Made by a program: the position numbers and the translations under genes. Shown piece after piece: positions 1 through 9,388 of a stretch of 64,000 nt of DNA. Source of the DNA: Myxococcota bacterium. GTDB lineage: Bacteria; Myxococcota; SpSt-1050. The first letter of the stretch is position 1, and each line of letters opens with the position of its first letter. The notes below the pieces were generated by a model. The model saw only the letters and a program-made list of their open reading frames with translations, was not told where the DNA came from and did not search any database. The stretch is from the NCBI GenBank assembly GCA_049969675.1, contig JBMFOP010000001.1:1-64000 (forward strand), written 5' to 3'.

Positions 1-119
1 CTCTCTGCACCAAACGCCTCCCTCTGGGCTTTCTCTCCAAATCTCTCAAAAAACTTGATTATCCTCATCCTCTCCTGTGCTATCTCGCTTCCATTAAATT
101 TTCTAAGGCTATAGAGCAT
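1..119 (-). mobile_element. N-terminus of a probable transposase (IS481/integrase-core-like), runs off the window start
   Basis: Not in the ORF track. Minus strand AGGAGG-N9-ATG(119) gives MLYSLRKFNGSEIAQERMRIIKFFERFGEKAQREAFGAE..., which resembles the helix-turn-helix N-termini of such transposases (recognition from memory). Confidence 0.55.
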
Positions 120-247
120 ATCCAGAAACCTCCTATAGCCTCTTATTCTACTAAATATCCTGTATGCTTTTAAATAAAAAATCCATCAATCCCTAATGTC
201 GCATATGTATCTTAACTTTTGTGCTACTAGTAGGGTGTGTGAGGCTT

Positions 248-1123
248 TTAGATCGTCTGTGGATTAAGGTCTGCAAATAGCCTTCTCAACTTCTCTTTGA
301 GTCTCTCTTCAATCTGTCTAACTCTTTCTCTGGTAATTCCAAATGTCTCGCCTATCTCTTCAAGTGTCTTTGGATTATCGCTCATAAGCCTGTTGTATGC
401 AATATATCTCTCTTTATCGCTTGCATTCTTTAAGAACTCTGTGAGGCGGCTCCTTACGATATTGCTCTCCTCCTCTCTAATCATCTTTTCGTCATAGGAG
501 GGTTCATCACTGGCTATTTTATCCAGAAGTGTCCTATCGTCATTTTCAGAGGTTGAGGCGTCAAAGGAGAGGTCGGAGTTATTGAGCCTCTTCTCCATCT
601 CCTGAACATCTTTTATCCTGACACCGAGTTTTTCGGAGATGAGTCGGGTCTCATTGTCGTTGATATTTTCATCCATACCCTTTCCAGAGAGTCTCAGGAT
701 CTCCCTCTTTGTCCTGGCGAGTGAATAGAATAACTTTCTCTGTGCCTGTGTGGTTCCAATCTTGACGAGACTTCTGGTCTTGAGTATAAACGATTGAATA
801 TATGCCCTTATCCACCATATTGCGTAAGAGATAAACCGATACCCTTTATCGGGGTCAAATTTGGTCAAAGCCTTGATTAATCCCAGATTCCCTTCCTGAA
901 TTAAATCTGAAAGCCTTACATTGTAATGGATATATTCAAGCGCAATCTTGACCACAAACCTCAGATTGGATGTTATTAGTTTATGCGCGGCTTTGATATC
1001 TTTTGTCTCTTTATACCGTTTTGCAAGGGCATATTCCTCATCCGGTGTCAGAAGTGGATATTTTCTGACTTCCCTTAAATATATTGAGACTGAGCTGTCA
1101 TTAATTTCCATGCTGTTAATCAT
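248..1123 (-). CDS. rpoH: RNA polymerase sigma-32 (RpoH)-like sigma factor
   Basis: Sigma70-family motifs YLREVRKYPLLT, NLRFVVKIA, DLIQEGNLGL, YAIWWIRA and TRERVRQIE, plus RpoH-box-like IGTTQAQRKLFYSL. Confidence 0.85.
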   Translation of the reverse strand: MINSMEINDSSVSIYLREVRKYPLLTPDEEYALAKRYKETKDIKAAHKLITSNLRFVVKIALEYIHYNVRLSDLIQEGNLGLIKALTKFDPDKGYRFISYAIWWIRAYIQSFILKTRSLVKIGTTQAQRKLFYSLARTKREILRLSGKGMDENINDNETRLISEKLGVRIKDVQEMEKRLNNSDLSFDASTSENDDRTLLDKIASDEPSYDEKMIREEESNIVRSRLTEFLKNASDKERYIAYNRLMSDNPKTLEEIGETFGITRERVRQIEERLKEKLRRLFADLNPQTI

Positions 1124-1159
1124 ATCATCTACCTCCCTTATTTAGATGCTGATTAATCA

Positions 1160-1393
1160 TCATGGTTTCTTCCTTAATTTCCTGTTCTTAATATCTGCAA
1201 TTGCCATTTTGAATATCTCTGGCTCCTCCAACCAGTTCAGAAGCCCATCTGTCTTACAGAATTCCTCTTCAAATATGTTCTCATCCACCATAAAATCTAT
1301 GCAAAAATCGTAGAAAGCCCGCATCTCATCACTTCCAGATTTGAGCACAATGTTTTTATTATTATTGCCATTATTATAACTCATTTCTATCAC
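1160..1393 (-). CDS. Small hypothetical protein upstream of rpoH
   Basis: 77-aa ORF directly downstream of a perfect sigma70 consensus promoter and 36 nt upstream of rpoH. Confidence 0.5.
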   Translation of the reverse strand: MIEMSYNNGNNNKNIVLKSGSDEMRAFYDFCIDFMVDENIFEEEFCKTDGLLNWLEEPEIFKMAIADIKNRKLRKKP

Positions 1394-1408
1394 CTTCCGG
1401 CATTTAAA

Positions 1409-1437
1409 ATTATAATCATTAGAATTATTCCTGTCAA
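1409..1437 (-). promoter_or_regulatory. Sigma70 promoter
   Basis: Minus strand TTGACA-17 nt-TATAAT, an exact consensus. Confidence 0.8.
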
Positions 1438-1459
1438 GTCAGCCGGAATAGCAATAAGA

Positions 1460-1535
1460 TGGAGCGGGCGACGGGATTTGAACCCGCGACTTTCACCTTG
1501 GCAAGGTGACACTCTAGCCGCTGAGTTACGCCCGC
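1460..1535 (-). tRNA. tRNA-Gly(GCC)
   Basis: GCGGGCGTAACTCAGCGG...TCACC-TTGCCAA-GGTGA...GGTTCAAATCCCGTCGCCCGCTCCA: cloverleaf, anticodon GCC, CCA encoded. Confidence 0.97.
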
Positions 1536-1653
1536 CCGAAATGGAAAGGTCTTACTATAAAAAAAGATGTCGTTTGTCAAGGAAATAAGTTTTTTGCTTT
1601 AAATTTGAGATATCTTGTAGTAAATACGGCTACCAGTTTGAGGAGTGATAGAG

Positions 1654-3012
1654 ATGTTTGAAAATCTGACTGAAAAATTTTCAAGTGTGATAAAGAAGTT
1701 AAAAGGAGAGGGGAAGATAACTGAGAGTAATATTCAGGACGCGATTAAGGATGTCAAGCTCTCTCTACTTGAGGCAGATGTCAATTACAATGTTGTGAAG
1801 AATTTTGTAGATGCCGTAACCAGAAGGGCGCTCGGTGCTGAGGTCTTAGGCAGTATTACCCCGGATCAGCAATTTGTAAAGATTGTGCACGAAGAACTTA
1901 TCAATATGATGGGGAAGGACTCTACCGGTGTGGATCTCTCCGGAAAGCCACCGGTGGCTATTATGATGGTGGGGCTGCAGGGCTCTGGAAAGACTACCTC
2001 AGCCGGGAAGCTGGCGAGGTATTTGAAGGTCAACAACAGGAAGCCTTATCTTGTATCCTGCGATATCTATAGACCGGCAGCCATTGAGCAACTGAAAAAG
2101 GTGGCGCTCACGGTCGGGGTGCCGGCATTTGATACAAACCCTGAGAATAGTCCGGTTGATATATGCAGGGCGGCGATAGGACAGGCATTGATAAAGGGGT
2201 GTGATGTAGTCATAATTGATACGGCAGGTAGATTGCATATAGATGAAGAGTTGATGAAGGAGCTTGAGGAGATAAAGGCAGCCATTAGTCCCAAAGAGAT
2301 TCTATTTGTTGCAGACGCAATGACAGGGCAGGAGGCGGTAAATGTAGCATCTACATTCAATCAGAGACTTGATATCACTGGCGTCATTCTTACAAAAATG
2401 GATGGGGATGCAAGAGGCGGTGCGGCACTCTCTGTAAGGGCGGCGACAGGAAAGCCAATAAAATTTGTCGGTGTGGGCGAGAAGATGGATGGATTTGAAT
2501 TATTCCACCCCGATAGAATTGCATCCAGAATATTAGGGATGGGAGATGTCCTCTCTCTGGTGGAGAAGGCTCAGGAGGCCTATGACCAGAAGAAGGCACT
2601 TGAGATTCAGAAGAAGCTCTCAAAGAATGAATTTACCCTTGAAGACTGGCTGGATTCATTAAAGTCTATGGAGAAGATGGGCTCTATTGAGGACCTGATA
2701 GACTTAATTCCCGGATTTGGTGGGATGAAGAAGCAACTGAAGGCGATTGGTGCGGTGAGACCTCCAGAGAAGGAGTTGAAGAAGATAATTGCTATTATTA
2801 ATTCAATGACAAAAGAGGAGCGTAGAAATCCCTCAATATTAAATGGTTCCCGCAGAAAGAGGATTGCGAGTGGCTCTGGAACAACTGTTCAGGATGTGAA
2901 TACCCTTATAAAGCAGTACCTTGAGATGAAGAAGATGATAAAGAGGTTCAATCAGGGAGGGCTCTCCTCACTATTTTCTCAGATGATGAGAGGTAAGATG
3001 CCCCTTAAATAA
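1654..3012 (+). CDS. ffh: Signal recognition particle protein
   Basis: LLEADV, GLQGSGKTT, DTAGR, TKMDGDARGG, RILGMGD and a Met-rich M domain; start taken at MFENL after AGGAG. Confidence 0.97.
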   Translation: MFENLTEKFSSVIKKLKGEGKITESNIQDAIKDVKLSLLEADVNYNVVKNFVDAVTRRALGAEVLGSITPDQQFVKIVHEELINMMGKDSTGVDLSGKPPVAIMMVGLQGSGKTTSAGKLARYLKVNNRKPYLVSCDIYRPAAIEQLKKVALTVGVPAFDTNPENSPVDICRAAIGQALIKGCDVVIIDTAGRLHIDEELMKELEEIKAAISPKEILFVADAMTGQEAVNVASTFNQRLDITGVILTKMDGDARGGAALSVRAATGKPIKFVGVGEKMDGFELFHPDRIASRILGMGDVLSLVEKAQEAYDQKKALEIQKKLSKNEFTLEDWLDSLKSMEKMGSIEDLIDLIPGFGGMKKQLKAIGAVRPPEKELKKIIAIINSMTKEERRNPSILNGSRRKRIASGSGTTVQDVNTLIKQYLEMKKMIKRFNQGGLSSLFSQMMRGKMPLK

Positions 3013-3079
3013 CTAATAAAAAGATTTTGTAGCAATTTTTTTTAATTTGTGGTACTATATAATTGCGTGGGGGTAGGTT

Positions 3080-3706
3080 ATGAGTAAGACCATTGAAGAA
3101 TATATGTCTGAGGCGAATTCCCTTAAAAATGGGGTATTGAGTTCAGATTATCTGTTAAGATATCCTGAAACCTTAGCAATTATAGAGAGATTTTACTCAG
3201 AACTGAATAAAAAGAATTTTGGGGATAATAGTATTTATCAGATTGAAGCTGAGATAGTGGAGAGCCTTGTTAGAGGTGCGATGGTAAATATCAATTCATA
3301 TAAAACCTCAGAGAAGAGACTCCAGATTGTAGCGGTATGCGGACTGAGAGATATGATAGAGAATATACTGAAGTTTGGAGGTTTTAAAATAGTAGGGAGG
3401 CAATTGCCACTTGAAGACCAGTTTGCTGAGATCGCTTTAATGCAGGGGCGACTTCATAGAATCCCGCGAGGATTAAAGGATGCGGCGCTCAAAGGATTTC
3501 CAGATATGCTGGTAGACCTTATTGATGAGATGCTGGGACCATTCTTCTGTTATGGGGCTGGATTTGTATATAAAAACGAACTTGTGGGGAATCTTGCTAT
3601 AATAGGTAGACAGCTTGAAGTGGATATGGTAAGGGCTGAGATTATAAATTCATTGCTCCCGATCTTTGCAATTGTTGAGATGATTTACAGATGTTTCTCA
3701 AAGTAG
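3080..3706 (+). CDS. Hypothetical protein (C-terminal half possibly GAF-like)
   Basis: 208-aa ORF with plausible composition; no recognised motif. Confidence 0.6.
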   Translation: MSKTIEEYMSEANSLKNGVLSSDYLLRYPETLAIIERFYSELNKKNFGDNSIYQIEAEIVESLVRGAMVNINSYKTSEKRLQIVAVCGLRDMIENILKFGGFKIVGRQLPLEDQFAEIALMQGRLHRIPRGLKDAALKGFPDMLVDLIDEMLGPFFCYGAGFVYKNELVGNLAIIGRQLEVDMVRAEIINSLLPIFAIVEMIYRCFSK

Positions 3707-3727
3707 TTCCCATAGAGGGGGTTAGAT

Positions 3728-3976
3728 ATGGAAATTGACATTGTAAGGATTTATTGTAAAAAGAGATATTTGAGGCAATCTTTTTATTGTAAGTGCAGGG
3801 AGGATGTCTTTAAGTTGCGATATAATGTTTATTGCAGGGAGATGGGAGTTGTAGAGCCAAATGAGAGAGAGGAGATCTGTGACAGGTTTGATTCTGTGGG
3901 AAATACAGTAATATTTGCTGCAAGAGTAAATGACAGAGTTGTCGGCACTATAAGATTGGATACAGTGGAATCCTGA
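3728..3976 (+). pseudogene. Truncated GNAT/N-acyl amino acid synthase (FeeM/acyl-HSL synthase-like) N-terminus
   Basis: EDVFKLRYNVYCREMG...DRFD...VVGTIRL, then a stop after 82 aa. Confidence 0.6.
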
Positions 3977-4163
3977 ACTGATTGGCAATCCTTACAATCT
4001 GTTGTACTTCCTCAACCTTTGAGGGGAGAAGTAAAGCCATTACATCTCTTCTGGTGCCAGAGACATTATTAATATATGGAGTTAGTGCCTCACCGGTTAT
4101 TACATATTCATTACCCAGAACTTTTCTAAATTCACCAATTGCATTTTCTATTGAGTTGCTCAT
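3948..4163 (-). pseudogene. Truncated FAD-binding oxidoreductase (VAO/PCMH family) N-terminus
   Basis: AAGGAG RBS; FRKVLGNEYVIT...LLPSKVEEVQQIVRIANQFRIPLYPI, then a stop before the expected Gly-rich FAD loop. Confidence 0.7.
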
Positions 4164-4344
4164 TTAATTCTCCTTATGACGGAAGTGCTTTTACTATTTG
4201 ATAGGATAATTTTCAAATAAAAAATTGAGGTTTTTGAGTGAATGTGAAATGTGGATTTGAGGTAAATAAGTGCTTATCAGGTTTTCTTGCTGGAAATTCT
4301 ACCTGTTTAGTGCTATCTGATAAACATCATCAGGAGATTATTTT

Positions 4345-6840
4345 ATGAAGAAGATTCTTATGGTAATTATATCTATCATATTATTCTATGCCTGTAAGAC
4401 GATTCACTATGTAACCTACAATATCAGTCCGAATAAACCAGCACTCAGCGGGAAGGTAAGCTCCTCGGTTGTAAAGTCAGATGTCTCAATAATCTTTGAT
4501 AAATATCTCATCCCTCACATTGAGGCGTCAAATGATTACGACGCATTTTATGCATTGGGCTATGTCCATGCTATGGAACGACTATTTCAGATAGAATTGA
4601 TGAAACGGTTTGCATATGGGAGGGTTGCGGAGACATTCGGAAATGTAAAGTTCGGTACAAATAGCATTTTTGCGGATGCTGTGACAATGGATGTCTGGTT
4701 AAGGACGATTGGGCTCTGGAGGGCAGCAGAGGTATCAATAAAGGATATGGATGAAGAGAGCGGAGAGATTGCAGAGGCATATTGTAATGGTATAAATGAT
4801 TATATTAAAAATGGGAATATCCCGATTGAATTTAAGCTTTTAGGGATCAAACCAGAGCCGATAAAACCTGTTCATCTGATTGCAATAGGTAGAATCACCG
4901 GATGGAGTCTGTCTGTCAATTCTATGCAGGAGCTGATAAGATATCTTTTGAGTGTAGAGCTTGGAGAGGAGATTCAGAGAGAATTATTCCCTCCACTTAA
5001 TTATAAGGGGAGTGCGATTGTGGATATAAAATCTGCTTCATCCAATCCTGAGCAAAGAAGCGGTATGAAAGTAAACAGAGAATATTATGAGTCTGCACTC
5101 ACAATTTTAAGAGGTTTTAGTGTGCTTGAAAATCTTGATGTCTTTTCAATTCCAAAAAATGCCTCAAACAACTGGGCTATATCGGGAGAGAAGACAATAA
5201 GTGGCTTTCCAATTCTTGCAAATGACCCGCATCTTCAGCATTCAGCACCTTCAATCTTTTATGCTGTTCATCTTAAGACGCCAGATTTAAATGTTATTGG
5301 GGTGAGTATCCCCGGCACTCCTGCTGTTATTCTTGGGCACAATGAGAGGGTTGCGTGGGCTGCTACAAATACATTTGCAGATGTGCAGGATTTATATTTT
5401 GAAAAGATTGACCCCAAAGACCCAAATAAATACCTGACTGCTTCAGGCTCAAAAGAATTTTATTATGAGGAGCATACTATCTTTGAAAAGAGAGAAGATG
5501 GAAAATTTATACCTCACAATTTTACAATCAGACATACCATACACGGTCCGGTCTTAAATGATGCTATGGGGAGTGCAACCAGAAATTTGCCTTTGATTAC
5601 ACTCAAGACTACAATGTATCATTCGGCAGGTGATTTCAAGGCTGTATATGGATTTATGAAGTCAAAAAATATCTATGAATTTAGAGAGGCGCTTAAGTTC
5701 TGGGATATCCCGATTCAAAACTGGGTGGTGGCAGATAGAGATGGAAATATAGGGTACTTCCCATTTGGGAGAATTCCAAAGAGGATTGGTTGGGATGGGA
5801 CAATGCCAGTTGAGGGGTGGAGTGGGAGGTATGAATGGGATGGGTATATCCCTTATGAGGAGTTGCCCCAGCTGATAAATCCCGGGATTGGAATAATTGT
5901 TACAGCAAACAATAAGGTGGTGGAGCCAGATAAATACAAATATCCTTTTACACTGGATGCGATGCCATCATATAGGGCGGATAGGATAAAGGAGCTCCTT
6001 TCAAAGAAGGATAAATGGGATGTGGAGTCTGTAAGAAAGATTCAGATGGATGTATATTCAAAGCAGGCAGAATATATTATGCCAACAATAAAAAAGGTAC
6101 TATCAAATTCCACACTAACAGATTTTGAGAAAAGGGCATTTGAGTTTCTCAAAAATTGGGATTATTCTGCCAGAGAGGATTCAATAGGTGCTACCCTCTT
6201 CTTTGTAACTCATAAGATTCTTTTTGAAATGACCTTAAAGGATAACCTTTCGCCAGTTCTATATAATCTGATATTGAATACGCCTTATTCACACGGATTT
6301 TTTGATAGGTTTATTGTTGAAAATGAGAATTCAAAACTCTGGGATATCAAGACCACGGAGATAATTGAGAAGAAAGATGATATTATTTTGCTTGCATTCA
6401 AAAAGGCAGTATTCTCTTTAAGAGAAAATCTAACTGATAATATACAGGAGTGGAGATGGGGCAGGATTCATCAGATTCTATTTGCACATCCTCTTGGCTC
6501 TGATGAGAGGGTAAGTAAGACTTTTAATGTGGGATTGATTCCGACTTCAGGGGCACGGGAGACTGTGAAGGCGGCGTCTTACAGGTTTGAAAGTTCACTC
6601 TTTTTTACCGATATAGATGGAGCTGCATTCAGGCAGGTCTGTGATATGAGGGAGGCGGATGAATGCGATATTATAATTGACCTTGGACAATCGGGATGGG
6701 CAAAGACAGATGGATATTCAAATGCCCTTCCATTGTACCTCAAAGGTGAATTCTGGGATACATCAATGAATCCAAAAAAATATAGAGAATCTTTGAGAGG
6801 AGAAATAAGAATTCTCCCTATCTCAAAGATTAAAAGATAG
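4345..6840 (+). CDS. Penicillin acylase family Ntn-hydrolase, possibly a lipoprotein
   Basis: IPHIEA, ALGYVHAMERLFQ, SNNWAISG (beta-subunit N-terminal Ser), LANDPHL, HGPV, WRWGRIH; FYAC lipobox-like. Confidence 0.92.
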   Translation: MKKILMVIISIILFYACKTIHYVTYNISPNKPALSGKVSSSVVKSDVSIIFDKYLIPHIEASNDYDAFYALGYVHAMERLFQIELMKRFAYGRVAETFGNVKFGTNSIFADAVTMDVWLRTIGLWRAAEVSIKDMDEESGEIAEAYCNGINDYIKNGNIPIEFKLLGIKPEPIKPVHLIAIGRITGWSLSVNSMQELIRYLLSVELGEEIQRELFPPLNYKGSAIVDIKSASSNPEQRSGMKVNREYYESALTILRGFSVLENLDVFSIPKNASNNWAISGEKTISGFPILANDPHLQHSAPSIFYAVHLKTPDLNVIGVSIPGTPAVILGHNERVAWAATNTFADVQDLYFEKIDPKDPNKYLTASGSKEFYYEEHTIFEKREDGKFIPHNFTIRHTIHGPVLNDAMGSATRNLPLITLKTTMYHSAGDFKAVYGFMKSKNIYEFREALKFWDIPIQNWVVADRDGNIGYFPFGRIPKRIGWDGTMPVEGWSGRYEWDGYIPYEELPQLINPGIGIIVTANNKVVEPDKYKYPFTLDAMPSYRADRIKELLSKKDKWDVESVRKIQMDVYSKQAEYIMPTIKKVLSNSTLTDFEKRAFEFLKNWDYSAREDSIGATLFFVTHKILFEMTLKDNLSPVLYNLILNTPYSHGFFDRFIVENENSKLWDIKTTEIIEKKDDIILLAFKKAVFSLRENLTDNIQEWRWGRIHQILFAHPLGSDERVSKTFNVGLIPTSGARETVKAASYRFESSLFFTDIDGAAFRQVCDMREADECDIIIDLGQSGWAKTDGYSNALPLYLKGEFWDTSMNPKKYRESLRGEIRILPISKIKR

Positions 6841-6893
6841 TCTTGAATACTCATTATATGAAATATATAATAGTAAAGGTTGAGAGGTTGAGG

Positions 6894-8855
6894 ATGGTTA
6901 GAGTATTTCTTTACATTCTGGGCATTTGCTTTTTTAGCAATCTGGCAATATCACAGGATTCTGAATTTACAGCAAATGATATATTTTCAAAGGATATTGA
7001 GGAGTTAATAAATATAAAAGTGGAGACTGTTCAATCTGCATCAAAGGCTCTGGAAAAATTGTATCAGGCTCCGGCAGCAGTAACAATTTTTAATAGATAT
7101 CAGATAGAGATTTTTGGATGCAGGACACTCTCTGATATACTCAATTTGATAATGAGTTTCTATATAACTTACGATTACAATTATAATTATGCCGGGGTAA
7201 GAGGGGTTTATAAGCCGGGTGATTACAACTCAAGGATTCTACTCTTAATTGATGGGCATCAGATAAATGATAATATATTTGACCAGGCGTTCTTAGGGAC
7301 TGATTTTATACTTGATATTGACCTCATTGATCGCGTGGAGGTGATTCGTGGTCCACTCTCTTCCCTTTATGGTGGGAATGCAATTTTCGGTGTAATCAAT
7401 GTCATTACCCGAAGCCCGGACTCTCAGGAATTCTCTTTCTCCTCTGGAAGCAATGATACATATAAGGGTAGATTGACACTCTCTTATAACTCCGATGAGA
7501 ATATAAAACTTATGGCATCTGCAACTTATTATACATCTCTCGGAACGGACCTCTACTTTAAGGAGTTGGAGGCACGAGGATATGGAGATGGGAGAAATTA
7601 TACAGGAGATTATGATAGATATCCCTCCTTCTTTGCAAAAGGTCTGGCAGGTAATTTTACAGTGATGGGAGGTTATATAAAGAGGACAAAGGGAATTCCA
7701 ACCGGTGCCTGGGATATCATCTATAATGATAAACGGAACAGGTCAATTGATACGAGAGGTTTCTTTGAATTAAAATATAATCAAAACTTTTCAAATGATA
7801 TTTATACTACTTCAAGGGTCTTTTATGACTTTTACTCTTATGAAGGACATTATATTTATGAGGATGATATTCAATCCGAATTAGATACCGGTGCACTCAT
7901 TGGTTTTGAACTCAAGGGGGGAGTTGAGAAGGATAGATACAACTTTGATATAGGTCTTGAATTTAAGGATAATCTCAAACAGAATCTTTATGTTTATAAT
8001 ATTAATGCGGGGGAGGTACTGGATTTCAGGCATGATTCCATCTCCACCGGTCTCTATACGAGTCTCATCTATAATCTTATGGAAAATTTTAGAATTAATC
8101 TCTCAGGGAGATACGATTATTTTGAATATTATGATAATGCCATCTCTTCAAGAATTGCCCTCATTTACAATCCATTAAAAAAGTCAACTATAAAACTAAT
8201 TGCCGGGAACTCCTATAGACCACCCAATATCTATGAGGTTTATTACAATGACGACAATCAGACGCAGAAGGCGCCTCTACATCTAAATCCGGAGATGGTG
8301 TATCAGACAGAACTCTTATTTGAGCATAATTTTACAGATGAGTTTTCTGGATATGCCTCTATATTTTATTCAAAGATTGACGATATGATAGCTTTTGAGA
8401 TTGACCCGACTGACAAACTTATTGTTGCAAAGAATCTCCCATCTGTTGCTGTTGCAGGTTTTGAATCGAGAGTTGCCTATACATCTCAGAATGGGCGGAT
8501 GCTGGGAATAAATTATAACTACTCCAATGCGCTTGATGATTTCAGGAGCAGTTTCCCTGAGCATATTGTAAAGATTAGAGGTGCATATCCTGTATTGAAG
8601 AATAGACTTATCCCCGCCTTCTCTGTTAATTATATCTCTGGTGCAAAGACCCTCAATGATGACAATATTGATGCGGTCATCCTCGCAAACTTTAACCTAT
8701 TGTACAGGAATCTTTTCAATCATCTTGACCTGTCGCTCAGTATTTATAATATATTCAATCAGAAGTATTATGTCCCCGCATCTGTTGAGCATAGTATGGA
8801 CAGGATACAACAGGAAGGTATTAACTATCAAATTAAGATTGGGGGGAAGTTCTGA
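6894..8855 (+). CDS. TonB-dependent outer membrane receptor
   Basis: Plug motif IDRVEVIRGPLSSLYGGNAIFGVINVIT, YNIFNQKY and C-terminal Phe; start taken at MVRVF. Confidence 0.92.
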   Translation: MVRVFLYILGICFFSNLAISQDSEFTANDIFSKDIEELINIKVETVQSASKALEKLYQAPAAVTIFNRYQIEIFGCRTLSDILNLIMSFYITYDYNYNYAGVRGVYKPGDYNSRILLLIDGHQINDNIFDQAFLGTDFILDIDLIDRVEVIRGPLSSLYGGNAIFGVINVITRSPDSQEFSFSSGSNDTYKGRLTLSYNSDENIKLMASATYYTSLGTDLYFKELEARGYGDGRNYTGDYDRYPSFFAKGLAGNFTVMGGYIKRTKGIPTGAWDIIYNDKRNRSIDTRGFFELKYNQNFSNDIYTTSRVFYDFYSYEGHYIYEDDIQSELDTGALIGFELKGGVEKDRYNFDIGLEFKDNLKQNLYVYNINAGEVLDFRHDSISTGLYTSLIYNLMENFRINLSGRYDYFEYYDNAISSRIALIYNPLKKSTIKLIAGNSYRPPNIYEVYYNDDNQTQKAPLHLNPEMVYQTELLFEHNFTDEFSGYASIFYSKIDDMIAFEIDPTDKLIVAKNLPSVAVAGFESRVAYTSQNGRMLGINYNYSNALDDFRSSFPEHIVKIRGAYPVLKNRLIPAFSVNYISGAKTLNDDNIDAVILANFNLLYRNLFNHLDLSLSIYNIFNQKYYVPASVEHSMDRIQQEGINYQIKIGGKF

Positions 8856-9385
8856 TGCAAAATGTTACTCTGTTGATATTGATAATCAATCTGGTCTTCC
8901 TGTGTGACTCTATTGCATCTCCACCTACAGAGTATCAGGTCAAGGCGGCATTGATATATAATTTCTTAAGATTTGTTGACCTAAAGGAAGATAGGGTTGT
9001 GAATAATGAGATTCATCTATGCTCCTTTGAAAAGAATCCACTAAATAATGAAGTAAAGAAACTGGATGAGAAATCTATAGGAGATAGGAAGATACTCTTC
9101 TCAGAGGTTCATTCCGATAGTGAGATTCATAGCTGTTCGGTACTGCTGGTGGATAAGAGGGATACAGAGTCATTAAAGAGGATAATTGAAGTAGCCTACA
9201 GGGAAGGGATTCTCCTGATTGGGGATACTGATGGGTATGGGGAGCTGGGTGTGGTTATAAATATGTTTATTAAAGATGAGAAGGTAAGGTTTGAAATAAA
9301 TCTTGAGGCGGCAAATAAGTCAGATGTGAAGGTCTCTTCAAGATTGCTTTCTGTTGCAAAGATAATAAAGAACCTCAAAAAATAA
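8855..9385 (+). CDS. YfiR/HmsC family periplasmic protein
   Basis: EYQVKAALIYNFLRFV, VRFEINLEAA and SSRLLSVAKII; signal peptide; TGATG overlap with the receptor gene. Confidence 0.9.
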   Translation: MQNVTLLILIINLVFLCDSIASPPTEYQVKAALIYNFLRFVDLKEDRVVNNEIHLCSFEKNPLNNEVKKLDEKSIGDRKILFSEVHSDSEIHSCSVLLVDKRDTESLKRIIEVAYREGILLIGDTDGYGELGVVINMFIKDEKVRFEINLEAANKSDVKVSSRLLSVAKIIKNLKK

Positions 9386-9388
9386 TTT

